A stretch of 64,000 bases of DNA from a virus. Its lineage: Duplodnaviria; Caudoviricetes. The position numbers and the translations under genes were made by a program. Where the stretch lies: positions 1-64,000 of IMG/VR virus record IMGVR_UViG_3300009682_000003; one strand, written 5' to 3'. The notes under the pieces are model-generated. The model was not told where the DNA came from. It was given only the letters and a program-made list of their open reading frames with translations, and made no database searches. Shown piece after piece: positions 18,643 to 28,643 of this stretch. How positions within the stretch are numbered: the stretch's first letter is position 1; every line of letters starts with the position of its first letter.

Positions 18643-18698
18643 TGTGCGCAGGCTAGCGTCGCCTGGTGTCCAATGCAACCTGTTGCGTTGGGGGCAGT

Positions 18699-21443
18699 CT
18701 ACTTGGTCTGAATGATCGTGATGTCTGCCAGGACCGGGCCGGGGGCGCCCGCGACCGAGCCGCCCACGGTGAAGCCGAACGGGTTGACGCCGGCAGGGAA
18801 CTCGACGGCGCCGAGAGCTGTGTAGACCATGGCGCTCGCCGTCAGCCCCCCGTTCACGTACGGAATCCACGGGCCGGCGTAGGCCGCGCCAGGGGAGGCG
18901 GCGACCGAAACGTTTTGCAGCCACCAGACGTCGCGATCGATCGCGCCGCTGTTTGGCGCGCTGGTCTGCCCTTGCTGGAGGTGGCACTGGTTTGCGTCGA
19001 TGTACGCGCCGTCCGCGATGAGTTGGTTGAAGTCGCAGTCGCGGAAAACGCCCACCGGGTAGGCCTCGGTCCCGATGCCGGCGATCCTGGTGAGCAGCCC
19101 CGAGTGGCAGTTGTAGCCTTCGCAGATCGTCGGGGGAATGACGAAGGCGAACGCCCCGCCGAGGTCCAGCTCGTTCCACACGCAATGGTAGAGCCTGACG
19201 TGACCGGCCCGCAGCTCGGGCACGTCCGTGTCGCTCAGGTCGTTCGAGAAAATCGACTGGACGTCAACGTAGTAGGCACGGACGTGCGCCTCGTTGTGAG
19301 GCTCGATCCTGTCGACCTCGCAATGGTGGAGATCGACCGCGCCCTCCGCTCCGCTCGGGTGTGCGACGCCCGACAAGTAGTAGACCTCGAGCGTGCCCTC
19401 GTGGTTCACCTCTTGGTAGCCGACGTAGTCGAACTGCGAGATCGTCTGTTGACCGAGGATCAGGCTGTCCCGCACGAGGACGTCGCCCGTCGCGATCAGG
19501 TGCAGAGCAAGGCGCGTCCTCGCCCGGGAAATCACCAGGCACCGCCACAGCAGCAGGGGCAACGTGTCGAAGATGGTCAGGTTGGGCACGTTGCTGCCGT
19601 CGACTTTGATCGCGTAAGCGGGGCTGCCCTCCACCGGGTCGACCTGCTCGATCTGAATGTCCGTGATGTACATGCCCTGGAGGTTGTGCGTGCCCGAGTA
19701 CTCGATCACGGGCACGCTCCCGTCCGCTCCCACGATCGTTGCTCCCCACTTGCTGGTCAGCGTGATGTTGTCCACGCTGGGCCAGGTAATGTTCTCGGTG
19801 TACACGCCGGGTCCGACGAACACCACGTCGCCCGCCAGCGCCGCGTTGAGCGCAGCTTGAACGGTGAGGAACTTGTTGGTCAAGCTGTTGCGCACGCCCG
19901 TTCCGTCGTTGCCGTCCTTGCCGACGAAGACGAAGTTGGCCCACGTTACCGCGCCGCCGCCGCCGGCTGCGTCCACGCGCAGCGTTTCGTTGCCGCCGAC
20001 GTTCTGCGGAGTCAGCGTCACGTTCGATCCAGCGACGAGCTTGGTCGCGAGGAACCCTTCGGTGTTGTCGGTGAGGCTGACGCGCGCCCTGCCACCCACG
20101 CCGCCCTGCTGGTCCTGGCGGGGCTCGTTGGTCACGTCGGGCACGTAGCCGTTGTCCATGCGGTAGTCGTTCGAGCTGTTGTCGAACGCCATGCACGCGC
20201 GCAGCGTGCCCTTGCAACCTGGCTCGAAGCGAAAGCCGTCAACGTTGTTGTACGCGCTGCAACACTCGAAGACGCCGTAGCTGTCGTTGTCGAGGTCGAA
20301 GCCCTCCTCCGCGCAATTGTAAGCAGTGCAGCCGTAGACGTGCGCCGCGACGTAGTCGTCGATGTCGAACCCTTGCGCGACGTCGTGCGCGATGCACCTA
20401 CGAATGATGCCGGTACTCCACGCGCCGTAGGTCGACTGCCACGCGCCAAGCTGGTCCAGCTTGAAGGCCTCCCCTCCGTTGCCCGCCGCCACATTGAACG
20501 CGAGGCAGTCTTCGATCAGGCTGTTGAAGCAGTTTTGTAGCTGAACTTGGCGAGTGGTCTGATTGCCGCCGTCGAACGTGCACCTCGTGATGAACGTCTG
20601 ATCGAACCCGCGTACGTTCAAGGCCGCGCCCTCGATCTCCCAGTCGGCGGCGTTCACGAAATTGCAGTCGATGAACGCCAGCTTGCTCGACATTTCAGTC
20701 GCCGGGTTCGGCGGCGTCGCGTACAGGTTCCAGAAGTACGAGAGCATGACGCCGGGGGCGATGCCGACGACGTCGTGCACGTACAGGTCCGCGAAGATGA
20801 TGCGCTCCACGAGCGAGAACTCCGCGGCGAAGGAAATGAACGCGCCCCGCGAGTTGGCGACCGGGCTGGTTGCGCTGAAAAGCTCGAAGCCGCTGAACGT
20901 CACGTCCTGCGCCCCGTTGGCGAGCTTCACGCATTCCTGCCCGGTGATCTTCGGCGTGTACCCGTCCCCCGCCTTCACGACGTAACCGCCGGCCACCGCC
21001 GGAAGCGTGATCGGGTCGTAGGTAGCGTCGGTTCGTACCTCCAGCACCTGTCCGCTTGCCAGCGAGTCGATCGCCGTTTGAAGCGCTCCGCTTGCCGTGT
21101 CCGTGAGCACGACGTCCGGCACAAGCGACGGCAACGCTTCGACTCGGGCCTCCGCGATCGTGCTCCACCCGCTCTCGCTGTTGCACCCTCCCCCTTCGCC
21201 GCCGCCCGTGGCGTCGATCTGCATCTGCTCGTTGCCCCCGGGGTTCAGCAACGTGAGCGTGACGTTCGCGCCGGAAACCAGCTTGCCGGCGAGGTAGCCC
21301 GCGGTCGTATCGGACGCCTGCACCTTGACAAGCTGGTCGATCCCGCCTGCTGCGAACGCAGCCTCGATGCGGCGGTTCAGCTCGTGCCAAACGTCTTCAA
21401 GGTGCTTGTCGCGGAACGTCGTAAAGAGCCTGCGAAATGCCAT
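18699..21443 (-). CDS. Spike/fibre protein with right-handed beta-helix (pectin-lyase-like) domains
   Basis: Repeats such as CTAYNCAEEGFDL and CSAYNNVDGFRF; GKDGNDGTG...FLTVQAALNAA..GDVVFVGPGVY; shared N-terminal adaptor. Confidence 0.75.
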   Translation of the reverse strand: MAFRRLFTTFRDKHLEDVWHELNRRIEAAFAAGGIDQLVKVQASDTTAGYLAGKLVSGANVTLTLLNPGGNEQMQIDATGGGEGGGCNSESGWSTIAEARVEALPSLVPDVVLTDTASGALQTAIDSLASGQVLEVRTDATYDPITLPAVAGGYVVKAGDGYTPKITGQECVKLANGAQDVTFSGFELFSATSPVANSRGAFISFAAEFSLVERIIFADLYVHDVVGIAPGVMLSYFWNLYATPPNPATEMSSKLAFIDCNFVNAADWEIEGAALNVRGFDQTFITRCTFDGGNQTTRQVQLQNCFNSLIEDCLAFNVAAGNGGEAFKLDQLGAWQSTYGAWSTGIIRRCIAHDVAQGFDIDDYVAAHVYGCTAYNCAEEGFDLDNDSYGVFECCSAYNNVDGFRFEPGCKGTLRACMAFDNSSNDYRMDNGYVPDVTNEPRQDQQGGVGGRARVSLTDNTEGFLATKLVAGSNVTLTPQNVGGNETLRVDAAGGGGAVTWANFVFVGKDGNDGTGVRNSLTNKFLTVQAALNAALAGDVVFVGPGVYTENITWPSVDNITLTSKWGATIVGADGSVPVIEYSGTHNLQGMYITDIQIEQVDPVEGSPAYAIKVDGSNVPNLTIFDTLPLLLWRCLVISRARTRLALHLIATGDVLVRDSLILGQQTISQFDYVGYQEVNHEGTLEVYYLSGVAHPSGAEGAVDLHHCEVDRIEPHNEAHVRAYYVDVQSIFSNDLSDTDVPELRAGHVRLYHCVWNELDLGGAFAFVIPPTICEGYNCHSGLLTRIAGIGTEAYPVGVFRDCDFNQLIADGAYIDANQCHLQQGQTSAPNSGAIDRDVWWLQNVSVAASPGAAYAGPWIPYVNGGLTASAMVYTALGAVEFPAGVNPFGFTVGGSVAGAPGPVLADITIIQTK

Positions 21444-21452
21444 GATAGAACC

Positions 21453-22349
21453 TCACGCAATGGGACCGATCGCCGCAGCGATCCGATCAAAGGCCTCTTG
21501 GACCGTCGAGGGCGGGGAGCCAGACCAGTCAGCGGGAACCGCTGGGGAGTAGACGACGCGAGGGCTCCTCGAAAGGTTGCCGTCGTCGGGTCCGAAGACC
21601 ACGGAGCCGAGGAAGCTGGGCAGCGCCGGGGGGGGCTCGGGAAAGCTGGGGCCGAGCGCGTTGTAGACAAGCGTTGCGCCGGCTTCGCCCGAAAGCCAGT
21701 TCTGCGACCATACGCCGAAGTTGTCGACGCATGCCACGATGGCGCCGTCCGCTGCGTTGACGATCGGCTGCGAGCAAACGCCACCCTGGGGACCGACGAA
21801 CCCGCTGAACGTGCCGGCGACGACGAAGAACTCTCCCGAGGCGACCTCGATCGCAGGGACTGAGCCCTGATTGTCGATCAGCGCGCCTCGATAGGCGGCG
21901 AAGACCTGGGGCACGCCTGCTTGGTCGGGGTAGGTGAAACAAGGCGCGGCGCTCGGGTGAACCCGGAGCTCCAGGCCGTCTGTGATCCCCTTCAGGTTCT
22001 GGAGCACCGCACCGTCCTGCACGTCGAGCACGACGATACCTGTTGGGAGCAACACGGAACCGAGCTGTGCGAACCGCAGGTTGTAGACGCCGGGCGGGAC
22101 CGGAGCTGGAGTGCCGATCGGTGTCTGGCGCGAGGTGTCGACGTACACCGTAGCGCCCTCGACCTGGCCGAGGAACTCCATGACCTCTTCCCAGGTGGCG
22201 ACGGCGTTGCCGGACGAAGGCGCGCCGGGCCTGTACACGATCGTGTCGGAGCTTCCGCGGATCGCGACGTCGATGCGCCGGTTCAGCTCGTGCCAGAGTT
22301 GCTCCAGGTACTTGTCCTTGAACGTCGCGAATAGCCGCTTGAACGCCAT
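21453..22349 (-). CDS. Spike/fibre-like protein 2
   Basis: Shared MAFKRLF...WHELNRRI N-terminus; C-terminal YSPAVPADW...TVQEAFDRIA. Confidence 0.65.
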   Translation of the reverse strand: MAFKRLFATFKDKYLEQLWHELNRRIDVAIRGSSDTIVYRPGAPSSGNAVATWEEVMEFLGQVEGATVYVDTSRQTPIGTPAPVPPGVYNLRFAQLGSVLLPTGIVVLDVQDGAVLQNLKGITDGLELRVHPSAAPCFTYPDQAGVPQVFAAYRGALIDNQGSVPAIEVASGEFFVVAGTFSGFVGPQGGVCSQPIVNAADGAIVACVDNFGVWSQNWLSGEAGATLVYNALGPSFPEPPPALPSFLGSVVFGPDDGNLSRSPRVVYSPAVPADWSGSPPSTVQEAFDRIAAAIGPIA

Positions 22350-22358
22350 GGCTTGCTC

Positions 22359-23360
22359 CTACTTGGCAACCCAGCCGGTGTTGCCGACGCCGCTTTCCTT
22401 CACCCAGAGCGTGAGATCCTTGCCGCCGTTGGTGTCGAGGTACAGGACGCCCGGCGGGGCAGTCACCACGCCCTCGGGGCTGCCGGCGCCCCACCGCAGC
22501 CGAAAAGCTAGCGCGTCGATCGCCCCCTGCGTTTCGGTCGCTCCGAGGTGCGGAGAGGCCGAGCCCTGGAACGCAACACGCGACGCCTGCTCCGCGAGAA
22601 TGATCGTCGCTCCCGCCTGGGGCAGCGCGGTGGCGCCAGCGTTCACCACCACGACTTCCGCGACGGTGTTCGGGAGGCCTTGCACGGTGTTGTCCTGCGC
22701 CGTCGCTGCATCGAGCAGGAACACGACGAGGCCGCTTTGCCGCGACTGGGCCTGGAGCACGCTCGTGCCCGTGGACTCGACCAGCTCGCTGTCGTCTGCG
22801 AGCCACCAGTGGCTCGATCCTCCGACGAGACGGTCGCCAGAGTCGACGGTGAAGAACGGTGCGCCGCCCGTGCACTCGATCGAGCTACCTTCCGCCAGAA
22901 CGTACGTCGGGTTGCCCCCGGTGTTCGAGGCCTGCACGTCCTCGGAGGTGACCACGGGCTGCGTGCTCGCGCTTGTGATGCGCAGCGCCCTGAACTCGAA
23001 GACGCCAATCAGCCTGGCACCGTCTACACACGACAGCGGGCACTTGCCGCCCGCAGCGCCGCGCTGCCTACCGCGCATGATCGTGTACCCGCCGAGGTTC
23101 CACAAACCGGCGCCGACGATCGGCGCTCCCAGCGAGTCGTCAACGAACACAGTCTTGACGCCCGGGATTGCGGCTGCCGCGGCCACCGTCTCTGGCCACG
23201 TCCCATACACGCCGCCTCCCGTCTGCGCTCCCTGTCGGTACACGATGCTCGCAGCGCCCGAGGTCGAGTCGATGGCCGCTTGGATGCGACGGTTCAGCTC
23301 GTGCCAAACGGCTTCGAGGTGCTTGTCGTTGAACGTGGTGAACAGCTTTCGGAATGCCAT
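22359..23360 (-). CDS. Spike/fibre-like protein 3
   Basis: Shared N-terminus; C-terminal GSPEGVVTAPPGVLYLDTNGG...WVKESGVGNTGW fibre-end motif. Confidence 0.7.
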   Translation of the reverse strand: MAFRKLFTTFNDKHLEAVWHELNRRIQAAIDSTSGAASIVYRQGAQTGGGVYGTWPETVAAAAAIPGVKTVFVDDSLGAPIVGAGLWNLGGYTIMRGRQRGAAGGKCPLSCVDGARLIGVFEFRALRITSASTQPVVTSEDVQASNTGGNPTYVLAEGSSIECTGGAPFFTVDSGDRLVGGSSHWWLADDSELVESTGTSVLQAQSRQSGLVVFLLDAATAQDNTVQGLPNTVAEVVVVNAGATALPQAGATIILAEQASRVAFQGSASPHLGATETQGAIDALAFRLRWGAGSPEGVVTAPPGVLYLDTNGGKDLTLWVKESGVGNTGWVAK

Positions 23361-23363
23361 GTC

Positions 23364-23870
23364 TCACCCCTTGCGTGCCTCTCGCTCCATCTTGTCGAGC
23401 CGCTTGTAGTAGTCGGGGATCTCGGTGAGGTGCGCGAGCGCGATCATGCCGACAGCGGGCATGATCATCGACGGGTCTTTGAACAGCGGGGCGAGCGCAC
23501 CGATGTGCTCTTGCTCGACCTCCAGGCCGCGCCTGAACTCTTGCACGTTGAACACGTCCCAGCGCACGCCGAGCCGGTCACCGATTGCCCTGGCGCGCTC
23601 GAGCGTGACGGGCTCGAAAGGCGCTGGGTTCGGCAACGTTTTCCACTCCGCAGGCTCGCCCCAGCTTGCGTTGTCGTCGGGGTCGAGGCCAAGCCTCTTG
23701 AGCCCGGTGCGTGCGTACACCCTTGCGGCGCCAAGGTGGGGCCACCGCGATCGGCCATCGTTGATCTGCTTGGCGAGGTCCGCGGCGTCCTCTCGGTACT
23801 CGTTGCCGCCGACGATCTTGCCGGCGTACACGACCCAGTACCTGTAAGCCTTCATGTTGATCCGCCGCAT
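23364..23870 (-). CDS. DUF5661-like domain protein (C-terminal) with extra N-terminal domain
   Basis: GLEVEQEH...IALAHLTEIPDYYKRLDKME; start could be a few codons downstream. Confidence 0.7.
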   Translation of the reverse strand: MRRINMKAYRYWVVYAGKIVGGNEYREDAADLAKQINDGRSRWPHLGAARVYARTGLKRLGLDPDDNASWGEPAEWKTLPNPAPFEPVTLERARAIGDRLGVRWDVFNVQEFRRGLEVEQEHIGALAPLFKDPSMIMPAVGMIALAHLTEIPDYYKRLDKMEREARKG

Positions 23871-23882
23871 GGCCCGCCCCTC

Positions 23883-24263
23883 TCAGATCCACTCGTATTG
23901 CAGCGTGTACATGATCGACGAGGCGAGGTTGCCCGCGGCCTCGTTGCCCTGGTTCCACTGCGCCACGAGCGACTCGATGAACTTGTACAGATCCGGCACC
24001 GTGCGGATCTCAAACGCGGTCTTCCACGCATACAGCCGATCGGGTCCGCTTTTCACTCCGCGACCCACCGCGCGAGCCGCCGCCTGCGCGGCGACGATTT
24101 CGTCCTCCTCCACCAGCGTCATCCAGTACGCCGGGGGCGAGGGCGACACGAGCAGGGCGCCTTCCTCGTCCTTTGCGTCACGCAAGTGCAGGTCGAAGTC
24201 TGAGAGCGTGGGCATCGTTCCGTACGACATGCTCTCCCACTCTGCCATCCGAAGATTGCGCAT
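23883..24263 (-). CDS. hypothetical protein
   Basis: ATG after GAGG; coding-like. Confidence 0.6.
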   Translation of the reverse strand: MRNLRMAEWESMSYGTMPTLSDFDLHLRDAKDEEGALLVSPSPPAYWMTLVEEDEIVAAQAAARAVGRGVKSGPDRLYAWKTAFEIRTVPDLYKFIESLVAQWNQGNEAAGNLASSIMYTLQYEWI

Positions 24264-24270
24264 GATTTCC

Positions 24271-24537
24271 TCACTGATCGTCCGTGATGCCCCACTGGGC
24301 AAGCTCCTCCATCGCCCTGGCCACTTGCGTGGTGTTCAGGCCGATGGCCAACAGGTGCTCCCGCCACTGCTCCTCGGAAAGGCTGTCGACGTTCACGCCC
24401 GCCTTGTCGAGCTCCAGTGCCGTTTCCCGCACGCGAACCATCGCCTCGTCCTCGAGATCCTCTCCGTCAACCTGGTTCTCAAGCACGAGGTACTTGCCCA
24501 CGATCTGCTGCGCCTTGCGCGGGTCGTCTCGGTTCAC
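24271..24537 (-). CDS. hypothetical acidic protein
   Basis: Coupled ORF. Confidence 0.6.
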   Translation of the reverse strand: MNRDDPRKAQQIVGKYLVLENQVDGEDLEDEAMVRVRETALELDKAGVNVDSLSEEQWREHLLAIGLNTTQVARAMEELAQWGITDDQ

Positions 24538-24538
24538 G

Positions 24539-25768
24539 TCAATGCTCCTCGTAGGCGACCGTCAGGTCGGGCCGCGTCCAGCACGCTCGGCAGCCGTGTC
24601 CGACCGGCGAGCGTTCATCGTTCATGTTCCCGAAAGCGAAGCCGGGACCGCGGGCTCCAGAGCAGCAGCCGCCGACCCACTTGCCCGGCTGGCCCGCCTT
24701 GGGCTTGGCCGCGCCCCCCTCGTGGGGCGGCTTGTAGGCTGGGTACACCCACGTCGCGAGCTGCGGCGCAAGCTCTGGGGGCGCCGAGGCGGCGCTCGAC
24801 GAGTACCCGGCGTAGCCGAGGCTCGGCCCCATCTCGCGAAAGTGCATGGCGCTCGGCCTCACCACGAGGTTCGGGGGGATGCACCGCACGTCTTCGCTCG
24901 TCGGGCACGCCCCCCCTCCCCGCGGCACCCAGGTGCGCGTGGGCGCCCAGATCACCATGGGCGGCACCTCAACGGTGCGCGTGGCGACCGGCCCCGTGGT
25001 GCGCGTGACGATCGCCGGCTGGCTCAGGTTGCGCCCGATCTGGCACCACTCCTCGAAGTAGCGGCGGTTCAGGAAGTCCCCGCAGTCATGCAGCCGAAAG
25101 AAGTACGGGTCTTCGGTGAGCTGCACGTCGGTCAGCTTGCCCTGCTCGGTGAGCTTGGCGATGCGGCGGACGCTGTGCGCCTGCCGGTTGCGGATCGCCT
25201 CGGTGAACACCTCGGCCATGGCGCCTGGCTTCAGGCGCAGCATGTACCTGACGAACTGCCTGCGCACCTCCAGCGTGAGCGCGACGGTCGTGGTTGCGTA
25301 CTGCCCTTTGATGCCGTAGCAGCCGCTGCACACGTAGGTGGCGGGCTTGACTCCGATTGCGTGGGCCGCTGGCGAAAGCGGCATCGCGCGCCGCTCGTCC
25401 TCGCTCAGCATGGGGAAGCCGGGCACGCTCCCGTAGCACGAGCCGCCGAGCTTGGGAGGCCCCGCCGGCAGGTTGAACCCCCAGCACACCATCTTGCCTG
25501 CGCTGCCGAGCAGCTCGACGCTTGCCATGAAAACCTGCGGGTCGCCGGAAGCGTAGGACGACCTGGCGGGTGAGCCGATCGCCTCCCACAGCCCGTACAC
25601 GTCGCCTCGCGTGATGGGCCTCGCAAGCGGGATTTCTGGCACTCCGTTGACGATCTGCATCCTGGGCTTGCTCGGCAAGCAGGACTCGACGAGCTTGCGC
25701 ATGTGCGGCCTGATCGCGATTGCGTGCGGCTGGATCGTCTGCGCCGCGTTTTCGATGCGCGCCCCCAT
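24539..25768 (-). CDS. Gp88-like protein (Cys-rich, radical-SAM-related phage family)
   Basis: CSGCYGIKGQY, FRLHDCGDF, WAPTR, PPNLVVRPS, GCRACW. Confidence 0.75.
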   Translation of the reverse strand: MGARIENAAQTIQPHAIAIRPHMRKLVESCLPSKPRMQIVNGVPEIPLARPITRGDVYGLWEAIGSPARSSYASGDPQVFMASVELLGSAGKMVCWGFNLPAGPPKLGGSCYGSVPGFPMLSEDERRAMPLSPAAHAIGVKPATYVCSGCYGIKGQYATTTVALTLEVRRQFVRYMLRLKPGAMAEVFTEAIRNRQAHSVRRIAKLTEQGKLTDVQLTEDPYFFRLHDCGDFLNRRYFEEWCQIGRNLSQPAIVTRTTGPVATRTVEVPPMVIWAPTRTWVPRGGGACPTSEDVRCIPPNLVVRPSAMHFREMGPSLGYAGYSSSAASAPPELAPQLATWVYPAYKPPHEGGAAKPKAGQPGKWVGGCCSGARGPGFAFGNMNDERSPVGHGCRACWTRPDLTVAYEEH

Positions 25769-25770
25769 GG

Positions 25771-26382
25771 TCACACTCCCGAGCCAATAACGCGATCCTC
25801 TTGGGAACCGCGGTGAAGGATACCCGCAAGGGCGAGAAGGAAGCCACCGAACACGCTGATCGCGATCATCCAGTTGGCGACGTTCACTCCCTGCGCTGCT
25901 GGCTTTGCATCGTACGATACATGGCGCGGTTCGGGCACCCCCGGCAGCACGCCGCTTTGAGCTCCCTGGTCGAGAGCGGCCCGCTGCGCGTTGTAAATTG
26001 GGTCGTAGTAGACGAACGAGGGGCAGCAGTCGCCTGCCCTGTCCGCGCCGGGCTCGCACGGCCTGGTGGGGTCGCCGTCCTGCCAAGGCAGAGTGCCCTT
26101 CGACAACCACCTCACTGCGTTTGCCCGGTTCGAGTCGTTCGACCTGGCGTACCACCAGGCGAAGCACGCCAGCTCGCGCCAGTCGATCGAGTCGCACGCG
26201 CCGCCTTGCATGGTCGCGGCGGCTCCGGGGAACCAGCCGGCAGCTCGGCACACGTCGAGCAGCCGCTGCGCCTCGATCTCCCAGGCGACCACGCCAGCGC
26301 GGCGAAGCTCGCGCGCAAGCACGCGGTCCACTGCGGTCCACAGCGGCGCGTCGAACGTGATCGCCTGGCAGGGGAAGGGCAT
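25771..26382 (-). CDS. Tail-anchored Cys-containing membrane protein
   Basis: C-terminal WMIAISVFGGFLLALAGIL. Confidence 0.7.
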   Translation of the reverse strand: MPFPCQAITFDAPLWTAVDRVLARELRRAGVVAWEIEAQRLLDVCRAAGWFPGAAATMQGGACDSIDWRELACFAWWYARSNDSNRANAVRWLSKGTLPWQDGDPTRPCEPGADRAGDCCPSFVYYDPIYNAQRAALDQGAQSGVLPGVPEPRHVSYDAKPAAQGVNVANWMIAISVFGGFLLALAGILHRGSQEDRVIGSGV

Positions 26383-26385
26383 GTG

Positions 26386-28029
26386 CTACCTCGCGGCCAC
26401 CAGCACGACGCCGCCGACGACCACGACGGCCCCAGCGCCAATCGCGGCCATGCCCCACCCGGTCTTGTACCAGGGGGGCTTCTCGGCCTCGGCAGGCGGC
26501 GGCTCGGTGCCAGGCTGGTTGCCGCTGCGGTACAGCGCCGCGACGTACTGTGGCACGCACGTCGGCCACGGCTGGCACGGGTAGTTGACTCCCTGCGGCC
26601 AGTTGGCCGGGTCCGCCAGGCACTGCGGGAAGGGCGTGCAACCCCAGTTCACGCCCGTGGGAGGCGGCGGGGTGGTGCCGGGGGCGGGCGGCGTGTCGCT
26701 CGGGCACGGGATGGCTGGGAAGCTCTGGTGCATCCAGTCACACACGCATCCGGGGAACGGCTCGCAGACGTGGGGCACTCCTTGCGGCCAGTTGTTGGCG
26801 TCCAGAAGGCACCCGGGGAACGGGTTGCATGCCCAGTTGGGCAAGCCGCCAGGAAGCTGCGGAGGCGGCGTTCCTGGCGGGCCAGGCGTCACCGAAGGCT
26901 GCCACTTGGGGCCGGCGTTCGGGTCGTAAGGGTTCCAGCTCGCAGCCACGAGGGCGGCGCGCGAGGCGTACGCCAGGTCGCCGCTGACCGCAGCGGGGCA
27001 CGAGCTAAGTGCCGAGCTGTAGAGCGAGCTGTAGCTAGTGGCGAGCTGGAGGCACCCGAGCCCGCCGGCTTGGATGATGCCGATCACCTTCTGGCGTTCG
27101 TCCGCGGGGAGCTTGGCGAACTCGTGGCCGAAGCACGCGATGAGGCGCCAGTCGACGACGCCCCCCGCTCCGGTGGCCTTGTCGAAGAGCCTACCCTTCG
27201 CGCCGCAGCCGTCCGCCTCGATGGCAGCGGCCATCTGAGCGGCCTGGGCGGCGTTCACCGCGTCAGTCGCCGCGGTGGTGGCCGTAACGCTGGGGCCACG
27301 AAAGCGCGTCATCTCGCGCATGCACACCTTCTCCACAAGGTCGATGTCCGTCTGCTCGACGGGGGGCGTGGTCCCGGGTGGCGTCGTCCCAGGCGTGGTC
27401 TTCTGGTCGGAGCCGTCGCCGCACGAGGGGATCGTGATCGTGGTCGGCGCACCAGGCCCGAGAATGTTGCCCGGCGTGATGTAGCCGGTGGTGCACGTCT
27501 TGCCGAGGAACGACTTGACCTGATCGGTGGTGATCATGGGTCCGCCGATTTCCTTCATGAGCGCGGACTGGCAGCAGCCGTCCCAAATGCCATCCTGGCG
27601 CAACTTGGTGTAGCCCCGCTTGTACAGCTCGGCCTGAAGCGCCTTGTGGAAGTCGACGCCCGCGCAAGCGATGCCTTCGTTCTGGCCGACGTTGCCGGCG
27701 CCGCGCAGCACGCCCGAGGTGCACGGCCCGGTGCTCTGACCGTAGCCGAAACACGCGAGCCCCACGCCCGACCGAGCCGGCTTCGTCCACGAGATCATGC
27801 GGTCGCTCACCCACCGCAGCAGCGGCACGGGCGGGTCGCGCATCCAGCGCTGCACCTGGCCCGCGGTGAGCCACGGCGTCTCGATCGCGAACTCTTGCAC
27901 GACCTGCGCAGGCCCTCGGGGCCAGCGGCGCGAGATCTGGTCGATGTAGTAAGCGCGGGCAGCGGCGATGTCTGCCGGCGCGTGTTGCCTGCGGGCGATC
28001 CTGTCCGCCCAAACGCTGATGGTGTCCAT
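26386..28029 (-). CDS. Tail-anchored protein with peptidoglycan-binding-like segment and two Cys-Pro-Trp repeats
   Basis: ALQAELYKRGY...DGIWDG; NWxCxPFPxCLxDxxNWPQGV twice; PWYKT + TM. Confidence 0.75.
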   Translation of the reverse strand: MDTISVWADRIARRQHAPADIAAARAYYIDQISRRWPRGPAQVVQEFAIETPWLTAGQVQRWMRDPPVPLLRWVSDRMISWTKPARSGVGLACFGYGQSTGPCTSGVLRGAGNVGQNEGIACAGVDFHKALQAELYKRGYTKLRQDGIWDGCCQSALMKEIGGPMITTDQVKSFLGKTCTTGYITPGNILGPGAPTTITIPSCGDGSDQKTTPGTTPPGTTPPVEQTDIDLVEKVCMREMTRFRGPSVTATTAATDAVNAAQAAQMAAAIEADGCGAKGRLFDKATGAGGVVDWRLIACFGHEFAKLPADERQKVIGIIQAGGLGCLQLATSYSSLYSSALSSCPAAVSGDLAYASRAALVAASWNPYDPNAGPKWQPSVTPGPPGTPPPQLPGGLPNWACNPFPGCLLDANNWPQGVPHVCEPFPGCVCDWMHQSFPAIPCPSDTPPAPGTTPPPPTGVNWGCTPFPQCLADPANWPQGVNYPCQPWPTCVPQYVAALYRSGNQPGTEPPPAEAEKPPWYKTGWGMAAIGAGAVVVVGGVVLVAAR

Positions 28030-28059
28030 TGCCGATCCCCTGGTCTGAAGGGGTCCGGC

Positions 28060-28416
28060 CTAGTCCTCGGGCGGCGTCTGCGCAGGCTTCAACCGCTCGC
28101 ACGGCTCGTTGGCCGGTCCCACGTTCGGCAGCTCCTTACGGTGGCTGCCAACGGTCACGAGCACGACGCAGGCCGCAGAGGCGACCAGCGACGTGCCGAA
28201 AGCGAAAAGCACGATCTGCACCGCCTGGCCGACGAAGGCTGGCAGGTGCGGGTAAGCAAGCCACAGGGCAGCGACGATCGCCCCCACCCAGAACCCGCTG
28301 CACATGGGGCAGCAAAGCAGGGGGGGGTAGATCGATCGCAAGCGCCTCGCGATCACACCCTGCGTGACCACGTAGGTCGCGCCGGCAGCCCCAAGGATCG
28401 CGAGCCATGCAGGCAC
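28060..28416 (-). CDS. DUF1360-like membrane protein
   Basis: TM segments around CCPMCSGFWVG. Confidence 0.65.
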   Translation of the reverse strand: MPAWLAILGAAGATYVVTQGVIARRLRSIYPPLLCCPMCSGFWVGAIVAALWLAYPHLPAFVGQAVQIVLFAFGTSLVASAACVVLVTVGSHRKELPNVGPANEPCERLKPAQTPPED

Positions 28417-28419
28417 GGG

Positions 28420-28626
28420 TCACTCCTTGTCCTTCGCCCCTTCGCCTGGGCACCCGAGGTAGCCGCGGGTCGCGGCTTCGCTCATGAGCATGCCCAGCGC
28501 GAAGGGGGACAGCCGAACTGATTGCCCGTGTTCGGAAAGCACAACGGAGCCGTCGTCCTCGAAGGATGCGTCCGGGCAAGAGGCACAGCCCCCGCCGCAC
28601 AGTGTCACTTTGTTCGCCTTGCTCAT
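28420..28626 (-). CDS. small Cys-containing hypothetical protein
   Basis: CGGGCASCP; coupled. Confidence 0.6.
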   Translation of the reverse strand: MSKANKVTLCGGGCASCPDASFEDDGSVVLSEHGQSVRLSPFALGMLMSEAATRGYLGCPGEGAKDKE

Positions 28627-28643
28627 GCACGCATCCTAACAGA

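Noticed and set aside
18699-23360. Diversity-generating retroelement or shufflon acting on the spikes
   Set aside because: No reverse transcriptase or TR/VR pair was seen, and the shared 17-mers are all in direct orientation, so they cannot invert.
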